Source: Promethearchaeota archaeon
GTDB lineage: Archaea; Asgardarchaeota; Lokiarchaeia; Sigyniarchaeales; SOKP01
NCBI GenBank assembly: GCA_019057795.1
Contig: JAHLWS010000085.1
Span: 1-15,493, forward strand
Reading direction: 5' to 3'
DNA: 15,493 nt
A program made the translations under genes and the position numbers. The notes beneath the pieces were generated by a model. That model ran no database searches, was not told the origin of the DNA, and was given only the letters and a program-made list of their open reading frames with translations. Below are positions 9,242 to 15,493 of the stretch, one piece after another; the first letter of the stretch is position 1; each line of letters opens with the position of its first letter.

Positions 9242-9352
9242 TTAAACTACAAAATAGATTTTAAATCTGATGTATATACTCTTGGAGAGCAACTTCATTC
9301 AATAAACTTGAATAAAGATTAATTTTAAATACATAGAATAGATTAATGAATT

Positions 9353-10243
9353 ATGAATGGTAATACGCGGAAGGTCTATTTATTCTTCATAATCCTTTAT
9401 GCTGTGTTGATTATTCTTTCGATCGTAGCTTTTTCTTTTATGCCAGACCCAGACCCCATACCAAACCCAGAAGGGAATTTTATTACTCCTGGAAATGTTC
9501 AAATTGAATGGATTTTTGCGATATTAATGGCGGGGGTATGTGGTACAATTGCAGGATTAATTTCAATATTTTTTGTTTCGACAATTTTTATAAAGAGATA
9601 TGTTAAAATACTTAGTAAAAAACATAAAGTAGGACTTGTAGATATGGAAAAAATAAGCGGATCTTTTTTATTCCGTAAAATTTGGATAAGATCGATCATT
9701 TTGGGATTTTTTGTTGGTAATATTTGTTTTACACTAGCAGGACAAGAAAATATTGTAGAATTTATGAGAAGCGTAAACCCATCAATGATATATTCGTTAC
9801 CTGACGTTGAAACATTGTGGCAATTAGCTTGGATCATAACAATCCCTTGCGCTCTAATCGTTATTCCTATTTGGGTTATGATGGATTCTGGTCTTGTAAC
9901 AACTAAAAAAATTAAAGGTGTTCAATTTGAAGCCGTTAACTTAGCAAGTAGTCCATTATATAAAGTAATTAAAGGATATGCCGGGATTGGGTTTGTGTAT
10001 AATTTAATTATAATGATTATTTTTTGGGTAACCCCTGTAATACAAAGAGGTATATTCGAAATGGCGATAATAATACAAATTATAAGCCCTCTTATTGCAG
10101 CAGGTTCAGCTTTCCCTGGCGTGATGATTCTTGAATATTTTAAACCCCGCATCAGAACACGCGTAGAAAAAACATTGATTAAGCTAGATATGAATAAAGA
10201 TCTAGTCTATAGTGTAGAATTAAAGGACCGCGTTTCTAAATGA
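9353..10243 (+). CDS. Hypothetical polytopic membrane protein (~6 TM)
   Basis: 296-aa ORF with multiple hydrophobic segments; no family recognised. Confidence 0.85.
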   Translation: MNGNTRKVYLFFIILYAVLIILSIVAFSFMPDPDPIPNPEGNFITPGNVQIEWIFAILMAGVCGTIAGLISIFFVSTIFIKRYVKILSKKHKVGLVDMEKISGSFLFRKIWIRSIILGFFVGNICFTLAGQENIVEFMRSVNPSMIYSLPDVETLWQLAWIITIPCALIVIPIWVMMDSGLVTTKKIKGVQFEAVNLASSPLYKVIKGYAGIGFVYNLIIMIIFWVTPVIQRGIFEMAIIIQIISPLIAAGSAFPGVMILEYFKPRIRTRVEKTLIKLDMNKDLVYSVELKDRVSK

Positions 10244-10683
10244 ATTAAGTAAGAACTCTTCTTTTTTTTAAATATCAAATATTTATGGACTCTTGAGCAT
10301 CAAATACTTGTAGACTCTTGGATATGTTTAGATAAGGAGTAAATATAAAAAGAAAATTGAAATAGAAAACAAATTTTTTACCTTTTTTTTTAAGTTTACT
10401 TAAACCCTCGATTTAGAAAACCTCGATTAATTTTAGAGGTGGTTTATGTTGTTATTAAAAGAAGATCAAAAACACTTTCATTATTAAAAAGATTAAATTA
10501 TTTAGATACCAACTACTCGGTTGATACTTTTTTAACAAATTTTCAAATAATTTTTAACTAATTGTTTGCTAATAAAACATCACCAGAAATTAAAGGTAGA
10601 TGTAATTATGCAAAATTATTTAATGCATTATAAATACATTAGTTATATCGTTAAAAAAATTAAAATAGTAAGATTGTATTAAA

Positions 10684-10878
10684 ATGGAAAGGAATAAATT
10701 GATACAATGGCTAATAATTATGAGTGCAGTTATCGTATGTTCATTAATAATCATAATTAGTTATCTCTTAAATTTATATGATAACCAATTATTAATTGTA
10801 GTAGGTATAATCGGGGGCATTCATGGCATTGCACTTGCGATATTTAGGATTAAATATATTCAAAATAATCAATCTTAA
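10684..10878 (+). CDS. Small 2-TM hypothetical membrane protein
   Basis: 64-aa ATG ORF with two hydrophobic helices and basic ends. Confidence 0.65.
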   Translation: MERNKLIQWLIIMSAVIVCSLIIIISYLLNLYDNQLLIVVGIIGGIHGIALAIFRIKYIQNNQS

Positions 10879-11111
10879 GACTTAGTCTTATCGCCTTCAA
10901 GCTTCAATTTTATAAACTTATTCCTCTTAACTAATTTAAGTATTTTACACGCGCTGAGCATACATGTCCATCATTTCTTTCTTCTTAGAGGCTCATATTT
11001 ATTTAAATAATCTAATCAATCGATCATCCATAGAGAAATCGCAAAAAGTATTAAATGATATTTTTCTTTATTTTTATAGTAAAAAATTCAAATTTATGAT
11101 TATTAATCAAA

Positions 11112-11729
11112 ATGATGAAAAATAGAATTATTAATTTATTGTCAATTATCGCATTGATTCTATTATTTAGCGCCTTTATATTTCCATTTATAAATTATGA
11201 AACCAGTTTTTATTCTGGACCAGGTATTTGGATTTGGGGGTTTCCATACAACCCGTTGGAGTATATTAATATTCTTGATATTCCCTTCAAGCTACTTTCA
11301 ATAGGCATGATAGTTGAGATAGTATTCTTATTAAAATCACATTTCATTTTAAGAAAGGATAATACAAAATTAGACGACATATCAAGGGAATGGTTAAATA
11401 GAGGAATTGTTATAATTGTTCTCGAATTTTTTTGGATTGTTTGGCTATTTGTATTGATTTTTACAGGATTGTTAGACACATATTATACAAAATATTATAT
11501 TGACATTCCAATATTTTTTCCGTTGATTTGTGGAATAATGCTAATTACTGCGAGAATATTGTTCAATAGATTAACCTTTAGAGAATCTAAAAATAAAGTC
11601 TATACTGATTTACAATGGTTAGAAATACAACACTATGAGTTAAAAAAAAGTATTCAAGAAATTGCCAACGAACAGAATGTAAGCATGATAACTATAAAGA
11701 AATATATCGAAAAAATTGATAGAAAGTAA
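11112..11729 (+). CDS. Hypothetical 4-TM membrane protein with a C-terminal helix-turn-helix-like domain
   Basis: Four hydrophobic segments followed by YTDLQWLEIQHYELKKSIQEIANEQNVSMITIKKYI (HTH pattern). Confidence 0.8.
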   Translation: MMKNRIINLLSIIALILLFSAFIFPFINYETSFYSGPGIWIWGFPYNPLEYINILDIPFKLLSIGMIVEIVFLLKSHFILRKDNTKLDDISREWLNRGIVIIVLEFFWIVWLFVLIFTGLLDTYYTKYYIDIPIFFPLICGIMLITARILFNRLTFRESKNKVYTDLQWLEIQHYELKKSIQEIANEQNVSMITIKKYIEKIDRK

Positions 11730-11815
11730 AAGGATTTATAGAAATTCATATTAATACGGAGTTACAAAATTTTAAACAATAAATAAAAAAAGAAGGAAAT
11801 TAATAGTAATAAGTT

Positions 11816-13006
11816 TTATTTCTTAAGTCTTGCTGAAACCCAATCATAATAGCCTTTATCTTCCATAACTTTTGGAATTTCGGCAAAGAATTGAGCGGTA
11901 ATCTCTTTAACGTGTTTAGCGGCAATTGGGTGGAACATCATGGCAAGATCTAACCCTACAAGCGTCAGAGAAAGAGCATTGATGATTTCCCAAATAGGAC
12001 CTCTGTATTTTCTTAAGCCCCATTGAGGCATTCGCTTCTCGCTCATCCAAGCTTCACGAGCACCCCATGCGTTTGTTGTACCTCCGCTTATTGGATAAGC
12101 TAAATCTGTTTCTCCCAATAATCCCGCTATGCGCATTCTTTGATAAATGCTGAAACTATACTCCATCCCGTATCCTAATTTCGCAGCTACATAAGAATTT
12201 TATGCGTTTTAAGCTGTTGCGCAGGTTGGATCCATGACGATCCTATTACGGGGGAGTCCTAGTTCTAAAGCGTCTTTATTCATCTTAATCTGATTATTTA
12301 AGTCTAAGCTCGTCCAGAGCAAACAATTGTGGTCGTATTTAACTGCTAAGGGAATTACTTCTTCCCAAGTCGCCTTATCTGCAGCTGAAAGCATTAAAAC
12401 TTCGCTTTCTGTCGCAGCGGCAGTAGCTTTAAATAACTCAACATCTTTTTCTTTATTTCCTGAACAACCAATTATGACTGGAACATCAACAGCTTGTAAT
12501 ATCTCTTCTAAGTATTTTACAGATTGTGAAACTGGTGCGTCTCCCATACCTGGATCGATTTCTAACGAGTGGAAAGTAATGCTTTCAGCGCCGAATTTCT
12601 CAACGGCAAATTTTGCCCATTCGGCTGGATCTGCTAAAACTTCTCCGTATGCTTCTTTAATCGGTTTAGGTAACATCATTTTGGAGCCCATGTCAAATAC
12701 ATCGTAAGTAACTAAAGGTGGATTAGGGTTTCTTTTGTCTAAACCAAGAAAATTGTAAAAAGGTGGAACCTTTTCTCCGCCTATTGTTGCTTTCTTTCCG
12801 TTAGAGCGTACAAATTCGACCGTTTCAATGTGTCCGGGAAATTCTATATCAAGAGAGAATTTAGTTGGTGTCCATTCCGCTTTTCCAATTCCAGGTAGGA
12901 CTGCTTGAGCCGCAGCTGAGACAATTCCAGGGAGCATCTGAAACTCTAAGTATTCTGCAAATAATTCTACATCTTGCAATTCAATTTCTTCAGTTTCTTT
13001 CATCAA
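11816..13006 (-). CDS. cdhD: Acetyl-CoA decarbonylase/synthase (CODH/ACS) complex delta subunit (corrinoid Fe-S protein small subunit), intron-interrupted: join(13006..12216,12179..11816), 384 aa from TTG 13006
   Basis: CdhD/AcsD motifs IGGEKVPPF, DPAEWAK, AVDVPVIIG, RIVMDPT-x-LGYGMEY, NAWGAREAW, RGPIWE and AMMFHP. The two track ORFs (12209-13006 and 11816-12166) are in the same frame, separated by a 36-nt insert. Confidence 0.93.
12180..12215 (-). other. Putative 36-nt bulge-helix-bulge (tRNA-type) intron in cdhD mRNA
   Basis: mRNA: CCUG-CGCA-AC^A-GCU...AGC-UGCG-AA^A-UUAGG. A 4-bp helix CGCA/UGCG with two 3-nt bulges; cleavage after the 2nd nt of each bulge yields UGC GCA ACA UUA GGA (C-A-T-L-G). 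Confidence 0.85.
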
Positions 13007-13383
13007 TTTAGCTAATTTTTTACTAATATCATCAAACGAAATTTTGTATCACTTTACTTTATTTATCTTTATTTATATTAATTCGATAGATAGGCTATTG
13101 TTGAATTGAATATAAAATTAATTGATTGGAATTGATCAAGGATCGCCCAAAACATTGTTTTTGCGCTTTTTAGACCAAAAATGCAAGGTAAAATTTTCGA
13201 AAATCGTCATTATTTAAATACTACTCGTGTAGGAATTTCGTCACAAATGATAGATTTTTTATTATAAATATATAAATAGTATTGGTTAAAAAAATGGTTT
13301 CTGGATGCGAGCTATTAAAAGAAGGAGGGTTGGGTGGAGAAAAAATTAAAGTATAGAACATATTGATGAAAATTTCCTTGTTG

Positions 13384-13964
13384 AAGGGCAGAGACTACTT
13401 TAAGATAAGATTAATAGAGAGAAATTGCCCAAATCAATATGTGCAACTCCAATATTGGAGAAGAAGCGTTATATTTAAAAGAATAATAAACATTGTTCTT
13501 AATTGACAAAAATGAATGAAAAAAATGATGAAAAATTACCAAACGAAAATGGTCAAAAACCTTCAAAACCTAAATGGTGGAAACCGTTTTGGATATTGAT
13601 CGCTATTTCGATGGTTGGTTCGGGAGTTTTTATTTATTATATTTTATTACATGGAGAATTTGTACGCTTTATTATTAGCTATGCAATTATAGTTTCTTTA
13701 GTCTTTGGTATCGGTATTTATATGCGCGTAAGACCCTCTAAGAAGAAAAATAAGGTATTTTATATTTTATTTGGAATAACTCCAATAGGATTTGGATTTT
13801 CCATGTTTTTTGTTTTAATTTGTAGAATAACTAATTTTGGTAAATTTATAGTGAGTATCAAACCTTTTGGTTTTTGGTTAATAATAGGTATTATAATAGG
13901 GCTCCTCACTATTGGTGGTTTTATTGGTAATTGGATTGGTAAAAAAAGAGATTATAGACTTCCT
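13384..13964 (+). repeat. Direct repeat copy 1 (~580 bp: upstream region plus membrane-protein gene)
   Basis: Matches 14582-15151. 13384-13525 is identical to 14582-14718 apart from a 5-bp AAGAT duplication; 13883-13964 is identical to 15070-15151. Confidence 0.95.
13447..13460. promoter_or_regulatory. Perfect 14-bp palindrome upstream of a TATA-like box (second copy at 14640-14653)
   Basis: CTCCAATATTGGAG is its own reverse complement and is followed by AAGAAGCG-TTATATTTAAAA about 25-35 nt before the ORF start. Confidence 0.5.
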
Positions 13965-13982
13965 GGGATTACCACCTTTTAG
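13503..13982 (+). CDS. Hypothetical 4-TM membrane protein, paralog A
   Basis: 159 aa; PKWWKP, four hydrophobic helices, WIGKKRDYRLP. The start could be ATG 13512. Confidence 0.85.
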   Translation: MTKMNEKNDEKLPNENGQKPSKPKWWKPFWILIAISMVGSGVFIYYILLHGEFVRFIISYAIIVSLVFGIGIYMRVRPSKKKNKVFYILFGITPIGFGFSMFFVLICRITNFGKFIVSIKPFGFWLIIGIIIGLLTIGGFIGNWIGKKRDYRLPGITTF

Positions 13983-14093
13983 GTGATCATTAAATTTAAG
14001 TTTTTACTCATAGGCGCTTTACTTTTAAAAATTAATTTGAATCTGTGTCATAATATCTATAAGAACCTATTAATTTATTTATTTTGAGATCTT

Positions 14094-14581
14094 ATGTATT
14101 TTGCATTTATTGATGAATCAGGGAATCCCTATCCTAAAGATACAAATAATAAGTTCTATGTTTTATTAGCCCTTATCATGCATGAAAAAGGCTTTCCCTA
14201 TCTTAATGGGTATACTAAATATCTAAGATATGATATTTGGGATTTAGTTAAGGGCGATGAAAATAATGGTAAAATTCCTGAGGATTTTGAGCTTCATATT
14301 AAAGAAATAACAAATAGAACCAATTATTACATAAATTTAAAATAAGATGATGAAACACTCGTCAAGGTGTTAGATAAAATTTACGATTTTATTTCTCACC
14401 TTTATGCTAAGGTTATTGCCGTCATAATCCCAAAGGAGACGTTTTATAGCATTTATTCTGAAGGGATAACTACTTGGGCATTTAAATTGCTAGTTGAGCG
14501 TTTACATAGCTATATATTGCTCCGAAAAAAGCATAGGGAAGAATTCGTCTTGCTTGTGATGGATAGTGTGGGTGAGGAAGA
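14094..14581 (+). pseudogene. DUF3800-family (RNase H-like fold) pseudogene
   Basis: N-terminal YFAFIDESG, ELHIKE and LVMDS motifs. In-frame TAA at 14343-14345 (ORF 14367 is in the same frame). Truncated at ~14581 by repeat copy 2, so the C-terminal QxAD motif is missing. Confidence 0.75.
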
Positions 14582-15151
14582 AAGGGCAGAGACTACTTTA
14601 AGATTAATAGAGAGAAATTGCCCAAATCAATATGTGCAACTCCAATATTGGAGAAGAAGCGTTATATTTAAAAGAATAATAAACATTGTTCTTAATTGAC
14701 AAAAATGAATGAAAAAAAGGATGAAAAATTACTAGACGAAAATAGTCAAAAACCTTCAAAACCTAAATGGTGGAAACCACTATGGATATTGACCGCTATT
14801 TCGATGGTCGGTTCGGGAGTTTTTTCTTATTTTTTATTACCTGGAGAATTGGTACTCATTATTATTTTAGAAATTATATTTTCATTAGTCTTGGGTGTTG
14901 CCTATTATATCCGCGTAAGACCATCAATAAAAGTTAATAAATTGGTCTACATTTTTTTTGGAATCACTCCAATCGGATTTGGATTAGTCATATTATATGC
15001 TTTAATTTGTGGAATAACTAATTTTAGTAAATTTATTATGAGTTTCAAACCTTTTGGTTCTTGGTTACAAATAGGTATTATAATAGGGCTCCTCACTATT
15101 GGTGGTTTTATTGGTAATTGGATTGGTAAAAAAAGAGATTATAGACTTCCT
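14582..15151 (+). repeat. Direct repeat copy 2
   Basis: Matches 13384-13964 (see copy 1). Confidence 0.95.
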
Positions 15152-15166
15152 TTAAGCCCATATTAA
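14696..15166 (+). CDS. Hypothetical 4-TM membrane protein, paralog B
   Basis: 156 aa; clear paralog of 13503-13982. Confidence 0.85.
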   Translation: MTKMNEKKDEKLLDENSQKPSKPKWWKPLWILTAISMVGSGVFSYFLLPGELVLIIILEIIFSLVLGVAYYIRVRPSIKVNKLVYIFFGITPIGFGLVILYALICGITNFSKFIMSFKPFGSWLQIGIIIGLLTIGGFIGNWIGKKRDYRLPLSPY

Positions 15167-15266
15167 AATTCTAATAAACATTTACTAAATTTTATTAAAG
15201 GTCTTTCTATCATTATTTCTTTTGTTTATTTAAAGGTGGCTTATAACATTTTATTTTCTATTTTGT

Positions 15267-15416
15267 AATTGTCCTCTATACAAGTTTTATGATACATTCA
15301 CTGATTTCAAGAATGTTCTCATCCGAGCTTTAAGGCGCAAGAACAACTCCGAGTATATTAGGTCTTTATTTAACAAAAGAAAATATTTATATGAAGAACT
15401 CCTAATGGAGGAATAG
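15267..15416 (+). pseudogene. Startless C-terminal gene remnant, possibly from an IS630-like transposase
   Basis: Open frame NCPLYKFYDTFTDFKNVLIRALRRKNNSEYIRSLFNKRKYLYEELLMEE*. The family resemblance is from memory only. Confidence 0.3.
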
Positions 15417-15453
15417 AAAAACACTTTAATAAGATCGCATCATACTTTTTATC

Positions 15454-15493
15454 ATGACAGATGAAGGGAAAGAAGTATCAAAAGGGAAGTTTA
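15454..15493 (+). CDS. Possible 5' start of a gene running off the window
   Basis: ATG at 15454, MTDEGKEVSKGKF..., purine-rich and open to the window edge. Confidence 0.45.
   Translation, partial: MTDEGKEVSKGKF

Noticed and set aside
8632-9350. Selenoprotein or SECIS in dsrE/tusA
   Set aside because: Catalytic positions are Cys codons, there is no in-frame TGA, and the downstream hairpin (ATTCAA-TAAAC-TTGAAT) lacks a convincing SECIS core.
10274-10323. CRISPR array
   Set aside because: Only two adjacent degenerate units, no spacers and no cas genes.
9353-11729. Integron cassette array of co-oriented orphan membrane genes
   Set aside because: No recurring attC-like (RYYYAAC...GTTRRRY) structures recognised and no integrase in the window.
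1388-12707. Antisense/overlapping track ORFs (1388-1609, 3023-3529, 3325-3558, 3811-3996, 5469-5753, 6126-6329, 8031-8261, 8718-8978, 9499-9837, 9922-10152, 11210-11479, 12327-12707)
   Set aside because: These are shadow frames opposite well-supported genes, with no recognisable motifs.
11816-13006. cdhD as a pseudogene, a frameshifted gene, or Sec/Pyl read-through
   Set aside because: Both halves are in the same frame and intact. The stops are two UAA (not UGA/UAG) inside a 12-codon insert that breaks a conserved motif, and the BHB geometry explains the insert precisely.
13160-13205. ncRNA or riboswitch upstream of cdhD (TTGCGCTTTTT..AAAAATGCAA hairpin, ATTTTCGAAAAT palindrome)
   Set aside because: Short AT-rich stems with no recognisable family motif such as a cobalamin box; not supportable from sequence alone.
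14330-14370. A second BHB intron around the DUF3800 in-frame stop
   Set aside because: I could not build a 4-bp helix with two 3-nt bulges, no extra sequence is apparent, and the gene is also truncated. A simple nonsense mutation is more likely.
13384-15151. Diversity-generating retroelement TR/VR pair
   Set aside because: Differences are not adenine-specific, include indels, and there is no reverse transcriptase in the window.

Overview
AT-rich archaeal window. GGTGA/GAGGT ribosome-binding sites, an archaeal cdhD and several orphan membrane proteins suggest an Asgard/Lokiarchaeia-like genome; this is inference only. It contains an MrfA/Hrq1-type DUF1998 helicase, a non-autonomous IS200/IS605 element (tnpB, both ends and omega-RNA), two hypothetical membrane proteins, a LysR/methyltransferase/DsrE/TusA sulfur-relay cluster with a duplicated LysR-box promoter, further orphan membrane genes, cdhD, and a ~580-bp direct repeat of a membrane-protein gene flanking a broken DUF3800 gene. 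The main discovery is that the apparently split cdhD is interrupted by a 36-nt insert (12180-12215) that folds into a bulge-helix-bulge motif. Cutting at the canonical tRNA-splicing-endonuclease positions removes two in-frame stops and restores the motif DPTCATLGYGMEY. This is a candidate tRNA-type (BHB) intron in the mRNA of a Wood-Ljungdahl enzyme.
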